Below are positions 1 through 12,379 of a DNA stretch of 64,000 bases, one piece after another; the stretch's first letter is position 1; each line of letters opens with the position of its first letter. This DNA comes from Callorhinchus milii. Lineage: Eukaryota. The stretch lies in NCBI RefSeq assembly GCF_018977255.1, contig NW_024704743.1, positions 30,444,001 to 30,508,000 on the forward strand, in the 5' to 3' direction. Below the pieces are notes generated by a model, which saw only the letters and a list, made by a program, of their open reading frames with translations, was not told where the DNA came from and did not search any database. The position numbers and the translations under genes were made by a program.

Positions 1-664
1 CTTATCTTGAACATCTCAAATCATTGCCAGGTCTGTTTTTATACTTGTTGAGCCAGCATGTGAACATTGTCCTAGTGAGTTTTATTGTCACTGATGCTGA
101 CAATTATTCTGATTCCATCAATGAGAATTTAATTTTAAAAATATGTTCAGCTGATTAGCATGAAATTCTATGGCTAAAATGTAACTATAATTTAAGGTAA
201 TTTAAACTAGTTTTTCAAAAGAAACTGCAGGGATTTTTCTTTGACTTAAAAATAATCTTAAATTACGGTTTGAAAAACTACAGAAAACCAGCTTCCTAAT
301 TAAAACAGAATTTAAGATTTTTGCAAAACTCAGCACAATCTTACATTTTAAAACAATGGTCTTAAGGCTAAGTCCTTGAGAATTTGGGGGCTTTGGTCTG
401 TATGGTTGAACTACATTATTGGACAGTGGCTTTCCTAAATAAGCCATCAGGGAGTTTTTGGTGGCCTTGAATATCATCTGTTTTTTTCTGTTTTAAACCG
501 CTCAGAGATCCGAAGGTCTTCTCGATTTTGTGCATTCTCTGAATGCAACATAAATAATCCTGCAAATCTCTTCAATAAATCCTGTCTCAATGGGTTTGGG
601 TATCCACGGTACTTGCTATTATTTAATCAGAGAACTTCTCCAAATCTTGTTGCCGCTCCATTAA

Positions 665-880
665 AAATGTTTTGTCACAACATTGTGAGGCAGCAGTAAA
701 CAAGGCAAACAGGATGCTGGGCTATATTGCTAAATCAGTTGAGTTTGGGTCCCCAGGCGTCATCCGCAGGCTGAATAGTGCTCTGGTTAGACCACAACTT
801 GAATACTACATAAAGTTCTGGACACCGGGAGATAAGGGGATTGCTCAGGCCCTACAGTCGGTGCAGAGAAGAGCAGAAGG
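665..880 (+). mobile_element. CR1 LINE ORF2 fragment (post-RT region), degenerate
   Basis: Translation SQHCEAAVNKANRMLGYIAKSVEF...LVRPQLEYYIKFW...LQSVQRRA matches the CR1 KANRMLG/RPHLEYCVQFW/VQRRA motif series. Confidence 0.9.
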
Positions 881-996
881 TTGTGGGTTCTTGTCCCAGA
901 ATTATTATTATTTTAATTTACTGAACTGGCTTCAAATGCCGTGCTTGGTAGGATGGACATTGGAATCGAGTTAACCTTCTGTGGTGGTCTTAGTAG

Positions 997-1367
997 TAAT
1001 AATAATAATATCCTTGCATTTGATATAGCGCCTTATCACATCTTCGAGATGTCTCAAAGTGCTTCATAAAATATACTGTAAAGTGAATTGATTATATTTG
1101 TGTGGGCGAAATGCGGCAACCAATTGCACACAGCAGTGTCCCACAAATAGTCGTGGATTGAGTAACCAAATTTTTTTTTTTTGAAGGGATTATTACCCCC
1201 GGAAAAGCAATCCGCCAATCAACTAACAATCAGGTTCCTACTTTCTGTTAGGTGTACAGAGGTGTGTGGAGTAAGGAAACTTGCCCAAAATTTCGCTCTG
1301 CCTGGAATCAAACCCAAGTCCCCTCGTTTGCGAGGCGAGTGCTCTAACCACTAAGGTACAGGACTCC
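997..1367 (-). mobile_element. tRNA-derived SINE family A, full-length long form
   Basis: Reverse strand shows a tRNA-like head with A/B boxes, a CORE-like TTGGGCAAGTT, a Deu-like CTGTGTGCAATTGG and an L2-type tail ending in (ATT)n. Confidence 0.92.
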
Positions 1368-1612
1368 AGTTAGACTCCTGAACCAGTTTGGCCTGCCAGT
1401 TTCCAGGGCACTGATGCCAACCCTGGGGGCAGGGATTCTTCCCACTCAGGTCCCGTTAACCCTGTAAGCTTTAGCTCTAATGGCGGTCCAAGTTGGATTA
1501 ACAATGTGAGGCTTACCAGAGAGTGCTTTCAATGGCAAGCTATGTAGTTTTAGTTGATTAAACTCCAGCAGTACTCCAAAACACACTCTGGGTTCCCCAA
1601 CACTTAGCTCTC
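1368..1612 (+). repeat. Unclassified interspersed repeat family B
   Basis: Shares GTTAACCCTG..AAGC and GCAAGCTATG.AGTTTTAG.TG.TTAAACTCC blocks with copies at ~2500, 11255, 46830 and 48020. Confidence 0.8.
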
Positions 1613-2499
1613 TGGAGTTATTAGCGGAGAGGAGCCTAAGTTTATTAGAACTAGTTAAACACATAGAGCCTGTGGCTGTTGTAGCAAGGTCTCCGAGCCC
1701 CCAGCAAGCTTTCTCTCTCTTTCTTTCTCTAGCGCAGTAAACAAAGCGTACAGAAGCTTAGGCCGCACAACTGACCAGAAGAGTAGAGGGGATTGTGTAG
1801 GTGAATGCTTGTAAGAGCGGTTGCAGGACATCAACCTGGAATAGGAATCATTGGGAATGAAAATTGACTTGATGGCTCTTTCCATGGAAATCGTTTATGA
1901 TGCATGTAGATCATAGAGTGATCTAAGAGCTTGTGAAGCATTAAAAAAACGTTACAGGTGAAACTGCTGTAACTCAACTGACCACAGCTGCGATCACCAG
2001 CATTTATAATAATTATATTTACATTTGACATAGTGCCTTTGAAATGTTGGGGGACATCTCAAAGCACTTCACAGGAATTACTGTATATTTTGTAGGCGAA
2101 CGTCTTGGCTTGCTAGGGACAAATGCAACACAGCTTTCTTATTTTCCTGCTGTTCCTATCACAATTTGCATCTTTGCAAGATGCTGCAAAAACACTGAGT
2201 TAGTGTAATTTGAATCAATTAAGGATCTTTTAATTTGAACCAAAAATCTGGATGATTGAGCTGGATACATTTTAAAAAATGGCCAAAAATAGGAAGGAAC
2301 ACAAATTTCAGCATTGGCAAGTTATAAATCCATCACAACCTTATCAATTCCATGGTATTTCCCCATTGTCTGGGCATCTTCAGTAATAATACTTGCAGCA
2401 ACAGCCTCATGAGTTGCTCCTTGTGAATTGGAGGCTAATGTGTGTTGAGTTCTAATGGCGTTCCTTACTCTGGAATCTGACCTCTGGTGACAGCAAAAA

Positions 2500-2606
2500 C
2501 AGCCTGGCTCATCAGCAGTACTTGGAAAGGCAGACAAGTCACTGGGGGCAGGGTTTCTTCCCATTCAGCTCCTGTTAACCCTTCAAGCCAAAGCCCGAAG
2601 ACAGTG
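2500..2606 (+). repeat. Repeat family B fragment
   Basis: CAGCCTGGCTCAT...GGGTTTCTTCCC...GCTCCTGTTAACCCTTCAAGCCAAAGC aligns with 11310-11400. Confidence 0.75.
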
Positions 2607-4019
2607 ATGGGCAATCTTTTTGGTCAACCAACAAAATACTTGGTTGAATATTTTTCTATTTATGCCCACCTAATGGGCATCGCCGCTCAGTGGCTATTGG
2701 AATCAAAGCCTTGGGACATCTCTCCGACGTGAAAGGCATTATATAAATGTAATTTGTTGTTGTTCTTGACTTGGAACAGACTCAGCTGGACCAGTATAAT
2801 TGTTTGGTGGGCCACTTTTTGAGCTACTTCTGGCCCATGTGCTATCACTGCCTCTAATGAGTAGGATGGACAAACAGCAGGAAAGCTTGAAAGGCAGTTC
2901 AGTGTGAATCTGACTGGGAACTCCTTTAAGTAACCAGAAGCATGCCAAGTTGACCTGCTCTAAAAATGATGGAATGGGAACAGAGTTCCTGCAGTCAGCA
3001 AATCACACCTCTAGTTTCATTTCAAAGAACACCCTAGAAATAATGTTGGATCCAACTCCCTTGATTTGATTCATCAGTTACTTTTCCCACACCTTGGACT
3101 ATGGCTTGTTGTGATTCTTGTCAATACAAACCATAACCATCAGAGCAAAAGTAACACCAAAGACAGGAAATGGAGTCAGCTCCAACAACACTAGCAACAC
3201 AAGAGTTTTCATTGTTCATTGTGCCACCTCTCATCAGCATTGTTTAACAGCTCCCATTTCTCATCACAGAGCAAAAAAGGACGTTACCACGTATTGTGAA
3301 CAAGGCACTCGCAATCCATCCTTTACAGACCCTTGGATCACAAGGTGCGAAAAATGGATGAAGACAATAGGCTCACGTGTGAGGTATAGATTTGACCTCG
3401 GATTGTTCTTAAATCAACCATTCCTATCCATCATATGAAAAGCACAGGCAGGAAGATTAGCCAGTTTAGTGAGGAGAAATCTGCCGTGGAAGGTAAGTCA
3501 CAGACAGAACGCTTTCTTTGAAGTAGAGCACTGCAAGAACAGGTTGGGCCCTTAGCCTGAGGAAAGGTACTTTCTACAGTCACTTTGAAAAGCATCTCCA
3601 TTGTTGAGAGCCAGACAGCTGACATCCCAATCAGAGGTCAACAACAAAACCAACAGCACTTCACTGGAAGCTGCTTCCTTTGTATCTCTCGTTTGCCCCT
3701 GTCTTCCTTTTAACCTCAATACTAAAAAGATCAATAAACCATTCTTCCTATTTGTTATCTCAGCTATCAGATTCAGCATCAAAGTCCTTATACAACTATC
3801 AACTCTTATATAGCCACATGTCAGGGGAACGCAGCCAAGGATAATCAATAGGTTGTAAATGAGCACATTCCATTTATCAATCAGTGACATAACATTCACC
3901 ACACTTTGAATTACACTTCAAAGTAATTCCTTTTGTTAAGGATTTTGAGACTTTTGACACGATAAGCCGCTATTACAAATATGACTTATTCTTCCCAGAT
4001 TTTCAGTTTTCTCAAAAGA

Positions 4020-4272
4020 GCCATTACGTCAAACTAGAGATTCAATGATCCTGTGTCCCTACTTCAAAGAAAGGGGAGTGGGACCTGACTATCCCTCCCT
4101 CATCCAAAATCATCCCCAAAACATTCAGATCAATTGGCTACTTAACTTAATGCTGTTTGTGGGATCTTAGGTTTCTGCTTTTTATGCCTTAATAACATTC
4201 ACTTCATTTCCAATTATTCTTGTTCTGTGAAGAGCTTTTACAAGAAAGGCACCATATAAATGTAAGTTGTTA
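4020..4272 (+). mobile_element. DeuSINE (SacSINE1-like) 3' fragment, old
   Basis: GCTGTTTGTGGGATCTT plus an L2-type tail GTGAAGAGCTTT...GAAAGGCACCATATAAATGTAAGTTG. Confidence 0.6.
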
Positions 4273-6185
4273 TTTAAGATGTTTGTGTTCTGTACTGGGA
4301 AAACAGGGTTAAGCATTTTGATCACTTCCACAGGGGATGTAAATAGATTTAATCGAAAACCAATCCTGTTTTATGACCCTTTAGCAGATTAAAATATTAC
4401 TTTACACAAGTCCTGAAAGATGTTGTTGTGATACGATTAAACGCATGCCATTCAATGTGTGTCAAAGAACACTTTTAAAATCTGAATCAGCAGCATTAGG
4501 TAGAGGAACATCTTGATTCAAAGAGAAAATGTTCTGATAATAGCCCCTGAACCTAACAATATTGTACCAAACAATACTGTACATTTGCTTTGAAAATATC
4601 ATCCCAATTAAAGCAAGCCTCTGAATTGTGTGTTCTTGTTACGAGTTGTAAAATGTTCCAAGGATAGTGCAAGCCCAAAATTTCACTCAGTTTTAAAATG
4701 TAAGATCAGAAACATGAAACAAGAAACATGAAACATTCTTAAAATCAGCCTAATTTCAGAAGCTGCTTTCAATAACTGTGGAAAAATGGCTTGAAAATTA
4801 AGGCTGAATTTAAAGATTTTCTATAGTTCTGTGTGATCTTAATCTTTAAAACATAATAATCTTTCAGATTGAGATAAAATGGAATTGTGGTCTTTGTATG
4901 TTTTGGGTCTACAGTCTAATCATGCAATTATACTACTGTAAATTATTTCAACCATTACGCTTTGCCAGTTCATACTCGTACACTGGGTCTCAAGTGTTAA
5001 TGTTTTGCAAGCATACACACTGCTTTTTAGAAGGTCTATTTCTGGGCAACTGAGATCATTTATTCTGTGATATGCTGACCTGTGATAGTCATCAGTTTTT
5101 AATGGTTTTTTTTCAAACACCCTGATCAGTATGGCCCAATTCTCCAGGGCCATAATTTAGAAGCTGGAGATTATTATTATTAGCATTATTTATTACTATT
5201 ATAATACTATAGCAATATTGTAATAATTATTACTATTATTATTTATGCAAGAATATTATCAGAACTTTAATAAAGTTTGCTCTGTGTAAGGGTACCATCT
5301 GTATACCAAAGAAATGTATGCATGTTACTATATACCAATTAAGAGTACATAGTATGTGTAAAAGTGTACAGGACCTAATAAACATACAAATGTTAAATGT
5401 ACACATGGTAAGTATATGCCAGTCACGAGTTTACAAGACCAGCTAAATGAACACATGTTTAGCACTCTTTTCTATAAAATCCCAATTCTCTGCCATTTGT
5501 GTGGAATCCTGTGTTAAGCTCTGAAAACAGATTGTAAACAGGGCTCTGCATCAGGGCTATCCTCTTGCCTCGCAGCACCTATGTGCACACATACATACTG
5601 GATAACTCTCCAGGGTCTCGCGGGGCAGACCTGTAAACGAGGGTATGCATCAAACAATTAAAAAAGAAACAATTTAGGCCACATGTTGGAGCAAGTACCT
5701 ATCTGTCATAGTGATTATCCCCAGATAACCCAATTCATTCAGGTAAATAACATTAATGGCCACTGCTGGTTAGTATACCGTTTTATAGTCAGGCTAAATA
5801 AGAGATTAATAGCCCAATTCTCACCTTTGCAAACGCTGGTCTTTTAGTTCTTCATTCAAATGGATCAATTTGATTCCTTGATATTCTCCAGCTCTTAATG
5901 ATTATCTGTGCTATATATCATGCTCAAATTAATTCAGGCTGCGTGACTCCTATTATTTTCATTATAATATATAGCAGTATTATACTACGGCTGTAAAATG
6001 GAGTGTAAGATTTCTCAATACATTCCTTTCTGCCTAGCAAATGACCCAAACAGTATAACAACATAATGGTGATCTAGTTTGTGCTGCTTCTTAACAGATC
6101 TTTTAATAAGGAATTCAACTTGGACAATAGCAACTTCTCTCAGTTATCCAAAGTATGTCCGGCCGATATGTGGAAACGCTCATCA

Positions 6186-7011
6186 GAATTTTTAGCCCCA
6201 GTGTCCCTTTAAAACTTCCTTTAAATTAAATATAATAGTATTGTAGGAGCTTAATAAGAAAGTACTAGAGTCTGATGTTTCCACTAGATACTGTAGGCCA
6301 CTTAATGCATGTTGGATATTAGTGGAAGGAGTCCCCATTTATACAGCTTGCATTTCCTATTAAAGAATTTCATTAAGAAGTAACACAAATTTTAATAATC
6401 CTTGCATTTTATACAGAGCCTAGAATGTCAAAACATTTCAAAGCATAGAGTCCTGTAGCATATTGGTTAGAGCACTCGCCTCGCAAGCGAGAGGACCTGG
6501 GTTTGACTCCCAGGCAGGGCGAAAGGTTAGTCAAGTTTCCTTACTCCACATGCCTCTGTTTACCTAGTGGTAAATAGAAACCCGGTTGTTAGTTGATTGC
6601 AGATTGCTTTTCCGGGGTTAATAATCCTTTCAAAAAAATAATAAATAACAAAATAATTATAATTTAGTCACCTTTCATCAGAACTCTTGGAGGGGGGAAG
6701 CCTCCTGGCCAAAAACGTGCGCACTTTGCTTCAGACCTTAGTTTGCTTTGAAACTGTGGTCCTATGAGGTACATGGGTTTTCTGCAGAAAATTTTGTTTA
6801 TGGCATCCCACCCAAAGGCACCAGTTTCATGAGGCATCCTCACCCAAAGCTTCACAAGGTACGAGCACTACAAGGCTCCTGCACTGCTCATGTTTTAAAC
6901 AGGAGTGAATTTTCAGCCCTAGTGTCCCTTTAAAACTTCCTTTAAATTAAATATAATAGTATTGTAGGAACTCGATAAGAAAGTACAAGAGTCTGATATT
7001 TCCACTAGATA
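6186..7011. repeat. Pair of 105-bp direct repeats (6186-6290 and 6907-7011)
   Basis: Ungapped alignment by eye with about 7 mismatches in 105 nt. Confidence 0.93.
6446..6660 (+). mobile_element. SINE family A, 5' half (long form)
   Basis: GAGTCCTGTAGCATATTGGTTAGAGCACTCGCCTCGCAAGCGAGAGG..GGGTTTGACTCCC head followed by the family middle region. Confidence 0.88.
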
Positions 7012-7118
7012 TAGCCCAGGGCTTTGCAAGTTATGAGTTGCAAGATCAATGGATCATGATAAACAACGAAGGGATTAACATTGGGTAATCAGGGATTGTA
7101 ACGCTTCATTTGAGAACT

Positions 7119-7132
7119 GTTACCATGGAAAC
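7119..7132. promoter_or_regulatory. RFX X-box-like palindrome GTTACCATGGAAAC
   Basis: Matches GTTNCCATGGNAAC and lies in non-repeat sequence; function not shown. Confidence 0.35.
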
Positions 7133-7519
7133 AAGCAGCAAATATTGGCTTTTCATTTTTAAGGGATCTGCACCTAAAGGAGCGGCATGCTTTATATTCC
7201 AAGTCTTTTTAGTTCATTTATTTTCAGAGCAGGTGATGGATGGTGACAGTGAGCTGATACGGTATCTGTCAACGTGCCTCAGGCAGGCAGCTTGTGAGAC
7301 ATACTTTGGCCTGGAGAGGGAGGGAATAGCCTCTCTAGTATGCTCAGTCTGACCATTCTGAATCAGTGACAGTGGCAGTGCAGGATATCAGGATCAGCTT
7401 CTTTTTTCTTTAAAAATCCATACTCAAACTAGCTTGTTTTATTAAAGAAAAACAGTGAAATCCACTGGATCACAAAGGGTGATAGTGGAATCGAGAGGAG
7501 AAATGGCGGGAGGACGATG

Positions 7520-8135
7520 GAATTCTTTCAGAGGGGGCCAGAGAGCTTTGAGGGTGGTGCGATAGACATTACTAAGATAACAAAAGGGTTTGAGAGGGTG
7601 AATGTTCAGGAGCTATTTCCACTGGTAGCTGATTCAAGGATCAGAGCGTTTGAATTAAATATAGCTAGGAGCGTGAAAGAGGAAATTAGGAAAATATTTT
7701 TCTCTCAGAGGTGTATCAAAGAATATGGAAAGCCCCCAGGCTGTTGGAGCAGAGTTGATTGGGGCCATTTAGAAAGAAATTAGAGAAATAGTCCAATAAT
7801 AATCCTTGTATTTGATATAGCGCCTTATCATGTCCTCAAGACGTTTCAAAGTGCTTCACAGATTATACTGTGAAGTGAATTGACTGTATATTTTGCAAAT
7901 GCAGCATTCAATTGTGCACAACAGTGTCCCACAAACAGTTGTGAATTGAGTGACCAAATTATTATTTTTTAAAAATTGTTTTGAAGGAATTTTGATAGAT
8001 AAACACATGCGGAGAAAGGGTATTGTAGAATTCAAGGGAAGAGCAAGGACTAGGGATTAGGATAGACACCTTAATTGGAGGAGAGCTAACCCAATGGAAT
8101 TCTTAATGTGTTGTATATTTTTGTGGTTTCTAGCT
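7520..8135 (+). mobile_element. CR1 3' end, split by a minus-strand SINE A 3' half (7796-7990)
   Basis: KITKGFERVNVQELFPL...RKIFFSQR is the CR1 C-terminus; CR1-like sequence resumes after the SINE (GATAAACACATGCGGAGAAAGGG). Confidence 0.8.
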
Positions 8136-8309
8136 ACAGGCCTAAAGGGTTATAGTGCTGTGGTCCTACAAGGTAGAAAGAGTAGGAGAGAAAAGCAAGA
8201 TAGTCACAAAATGGTTAAGTCACATTAAGGTTGGGGTTTAAAACACTGTAGAAAATAAAGGGAAGATGACATGTTGCTAAAAAAAAGTTTAAAAAATTCA
8301 TTACAACTT

Positions 8310-8452
8310 TATAATAATCCTTGTATTCGATATACCACCTTATCACGTTATCAAGACATCTCAGAGCACTTCACAGAGCAGACTGTAAAGTAGTGTGACT
8401 GTATTTTGAGGGTGAATATGGCAGCCAGTTTGCACACAGCAATGTCCCACAA
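8310..8452 (-). mobile_element. SINE family A 3' fragment
   Basis: ATAATAATCCTTG.ATT.GATATA...GCAGCCAGTTTGCACACAGCAATGTCCCAC. Confidence 0.85.
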
Positions 8453-9829
8453 TATATTGGGAACTTCTATTAAACTGTCACAGCAAAAGTATTTGTAGTT
8501 TTAGCGATATTCTTATTAATCAGACCTAGAAAAAACAGGGAGAATATGGGTATATAGGGCTGGAGCTTCATAGGAACAAAAAAAGATTGGAGGAGCAGTG
8601 ACAGCAGGAGTATCAATAGAATGTGTGACAGAGAGAGAGAGAGAGAGAGGAGAAAAAAACGGTTTGTTTATCCTATTATGTGCTCTGAACCTACCACAGC
8701 AAATTATTTTAGGGAAAGAGCTGGTTTTCATCCAAAGCAAAAAGCTATCCTTTATGTAAAAAATGGATGTAATTTGGCTTTTGAATGTCTGAACATTCAT
8801 GGGCAATTAAATCACTAATTGTCCTGTATTGAGCTTCTTGAATTCAATATAATTTGTGGACAGGAATCGATGGAAATTAGGCTACATTCTTTAATAGCTG
8901 TGACTGCACCTGTGTAATTGACTAGTTTGCAGTCTGCCAATGTACATGGGCATAACAGAGAGGATAACCTACATTTACTCTGTTTGATACTCAGAACGAT
9001 TTATAAGAGAAGCTGCTGCAGGTCCAAGCAGTAAACAAGGACTTTGTGTTATTGAACGTCGGAGTTCAATCACTTTTATATTCTAACAGAGTTACCGGAT
9101 GTTTGTATTGATGAAGGCTGTAGTCAGAAGTTATCTGACGGAAATTTCTGCACATTCTTGATTACAACCATCAAAGCAGAATCAAAGCAGTCAGCAGCAG
9201 AAAATAGAAACACATACAACATAACGCATATATCCCTGAATTCTTTCTTCCACCGATCACTCGAGGTAGCCATTTAGGTTCAACATTTCTCATGGCCTGA
9301 GCCTTAAGAACATGGACTTATACATTTAATATCATGTATAACTTTGGAAAATTCATTTCCAAAACTTGTTTTCAACAGGTCTTAAAAAGAACTGCAGAGA
9401 AGTGACTTCCAAGTTAAGTCTGAAATTAAGAGTGTTATAAAGCACTGTACAATCTTGCATTTTAAGCTTTAATAGTTAAACATTAATCTTTAATGGTTTT
9501 AAGGCTAAGACCATGAGAAATTTCAAGTTGTTTCTTACTTGCTAAATGTTGGGATTTCCCCATTATACAGGGTGAATCAGAAGACATTACTCATAGAGTT
9601 TCTAATTATGAATTATATTCTTTTATTTAAGACAACATTCATAGAGAGTGTGCAGCTACACGAGATGTTTTTCTTTGTATTCGTGAACGTTTTATTCATC
9701 GGGTTGATAAGTGTAAACGTCTGCATGGCACATAGCTTGAAGATTTCATATAGATCAATGAGTAAAGACTTTTGATTCACTCTGTATAAACAAATAATAA
9801 AAAGAACAGTGTTTTTAATAATCCTTTAC

Positions 9830-10095
9830 AAGGGGGTAGAGCTTTAGAATCAAGATAGCTAGAAAATCAGGAAGCATTTCTTCACATATAAAGGGTTGTG
9901 AAAACATGGAAGGCTCTGCCCAGAAACCTACAGATGTAGAATTAATAGGGAGGTTTCACAGATATTTGGGTAGTTGAGGTGTTTAAGGATGTGGAGAAAG
10001 GGCGGCATTGGGATTAAAAGATCTGCCAAAATCTAATAAACTGATGTAACAGGCTTGATAGGTTGAATAGCCTCCTTCAATTTACATGCTTCTAA
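9830..10095 (+). mobile_element. CR1 3' end, degenerate
   Basis: AGGAAGCATTTCTTCACA...GGGTTGTG.AAACATGGAA coding remnant and a 3' UTR ...GGTTGAATAGCCTCCT. Confidence 0.75.
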
Positions 10096-10215
10096 ATCCC
10101 TAACGGGTAATGACAAGCTGAACTGTGTATTACACTTCCAAACATTCCAAGCAATAGAGCGATCAGATATTTCCCCTCTTATATTGTTCTTCTAAAACTA
10201 AATGATTTCCCCTCT

Positions 10216-11129
10216 AATCTTGATGTAACCTTCTCCAGCTAACTCCATTGACAACACAGCCACACGTGAAAGCCTCTTAATTACTTATTTTCCACGGATA
10301 ATAGTTTCAAACATAATTGGGATTGAGTGGAAAAGGCCAATTTGATTACCCAGGTGACAGTATAATAATGACAGTTATGTATTGGTTGAATATATTATCC
10401 CTCCTTGTGGGTGAGTCTGCATTTTATTTGGACAATGCTTTGCATCTCAAGCTAGTAAACCAGCAGCACTCAAAATGCTCCTCTATAATAGCTCTCGAGT
10501 TTATCCTCCTGAGATTAAAGAGGTTAATGAGAAGGTGGCATGAGGCCAGATCTCACCAGTGGTGGCAGGTGGGCTCATGCCTATGATTTACCCACATGTC
10601 AAGCGCCATCAGAGAAAGGGATTCACTGAGCAGGTAACAAGCACGTCATCTCACTGACAGAGGCTGAATCAGTGAATCCCTTTCATCTTCACACTGTCAC
10701 TCTAGTACCTCGTTGGACGTCAAATGACTAACTAGTGACTGTCCTCCTGGTGGGGGGGGTGGGGGGGGGGATGGGTAACTATCCTGAGGTGGGGAGGGCG
10801 GGTAACTATCCTGGGAGAGAGAGCGGGGTGAGGTATCTCAGGAGGATAAACTCGGGAGTTATCATAGATGAACGTATTTGAAAGTTGCTGGTTTACGAAA
10901 GTTAAATGGTAACTCTCAGAACTATGATTGAGACTCTCATCTTCGCTCTGTCATTATATTATCTTGATATTCTGCAGTTAATGTCAATTACCAGAATGTT
11001 TGCAGCACAGAAGGCCATTTGGCCCACGTGAAAGGCGCTATACAAATGTAATTTTGTATTGTATCATGTCTACACTGGAGCTAGATCGTGTTGTCAATGG
11101 AGTTAGCTGGAGAAGGTTACATCAAGATT
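10216..11129. repeat. Perfect 42-bp inverted repeat (10216-10257 / 11088-11129)
   Basis: AATCTTGATGTAACCTTCTCCAGCTAACTCCATTGACAACAC and its exact reverse complement 830 nt downstream. Confidence 0.97.
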
Positions 11130-11254
11130 CCACTGGAGCCATCGACTCCCAATCCATTCCTCCACTTTCTACATAATCTTTAATATTATTGGAGCTGACT
11201 CCAAGGTAACATGTTTGGTAACCTAATGTCGGAATCGATCCAAACCCTCTTTGG

Positions 11255-11610
11255 CAGTCTGAATAATCCAGTTCCTGAGCCAGGCTGGTCTACAGTAATC
11301 CAGGGCATAGCCGGCTGGCTCATTGGCAGGACTTGGAAGGGCAGTCTCTGGAGGAGGGGTTCTTCCCTCTTAGCTCCTGTTAACCCTGCAAGCCAAAGCT
11401 CAAATTGATATGGTGGTCCTATGTAGACAAACAGCACGAAAGCTTGCCAGCCAGTGCTCTCAATGATAAGCTATGCAGTTTTAGCTAGTTAGGCTCCACT
11501 GCACACTCTGGGTTCCCCAAGCCTTGGCTCTTGCCAACCTGAATCTAACACTCGCTGGATTTAGGTTAGCAGGATGAATTCTTTCAGGGAGAGAATGTGC
11601 ATTCCATCCA
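11255..11610 (+). repeat. Repeat family B, near-complete copy
   Basis: Colinear with 48020-48388 over about 350 nt. Confidence 0.8.
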
Positions 11611-11614
11611 ATAA

Positions 11615-11930
11615 TTCATAGAATTATACAGCACAAAAGGAGGCCATTCGGCCCATTGTGTCTGTGCCGGCTCTTTGAAAAGAACTATCCAAATCAAACC
11701 CACTTCCCCGCTCTCTCCACATAGCCCTGCAAACTTATCCTGCCCAAATAATTATCTCCTTCTCTCTTAAAATTTGTTATCGGATCGGTTTCCACCACCC
11801 TTTCAAGCAATGCATTCCAGATCCGAACAACTCGCTATGTGAAAACATTTCTCCTCAGCTCCCTTGTTTCTTTTAACAACTATTTTAAATCGGTATCCTC
11901 GGGTTATCGACCCACCCGCCAGTGGAATAT
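11615..11930 (-). mobile_element. CR1 3' end
   Basis: CATAGAATTATACAGCACAAAAGGAGGCCATTCGGCCCAT is the reverse of the CR1 3' tail; ORF2 C-terminal remnant ITRGYRFKIV. Confidence 0.9.
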
Positions 11931-12379
11931 CTCCGGAATTTCCAATTACAAGTGGGATGCATAGAACTGTGTTTAGTTTGGATACTCGAAAACATGGTGA
12001 TGGGTTTCCATATGTGCCGGACACCTAGTTGACCAATAAAAATAGTTGAATGGTCACATATATAGTCTGACTAAGATGCAACAACACATCTTCTTTTGTT
12101 GCAGAATATGGTATTTTAGTACTTGTCCAATCACTAAGCATAGAAAGCAGATATTTTCTACACAGAAGGGTGCCACATGATGAGATTTCAAACATGTCAT
12201 CTATCTATCACTTTCTTTCAGATGGTCCATTTCAAACATAGCTTCCTGACACTCTCAACGTAATCATGTGCACAATAAGAAAGGTAGCTCTTATTCTGTA
12301 CTTCAGTGGAATGTTTTTATTCAAATGAACTGAGGTTCAGCCGGGTATTTAATTGTGGTGGGGGAAGGATCTTGTGTAT

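Noticed and set aside
9089..9265. Plus-strand exon with about 59 open codons
   Set aside because: The donor is poor (GTAGCC) and the peptide is unrecognised.
10216..11129. DNA transposon with 42-bp TIRs
   Set aside because: There is no TSD at the outer ends, a CR1-like remnant straddles the right arm, and the 9-bp duplication flanks only that arm.
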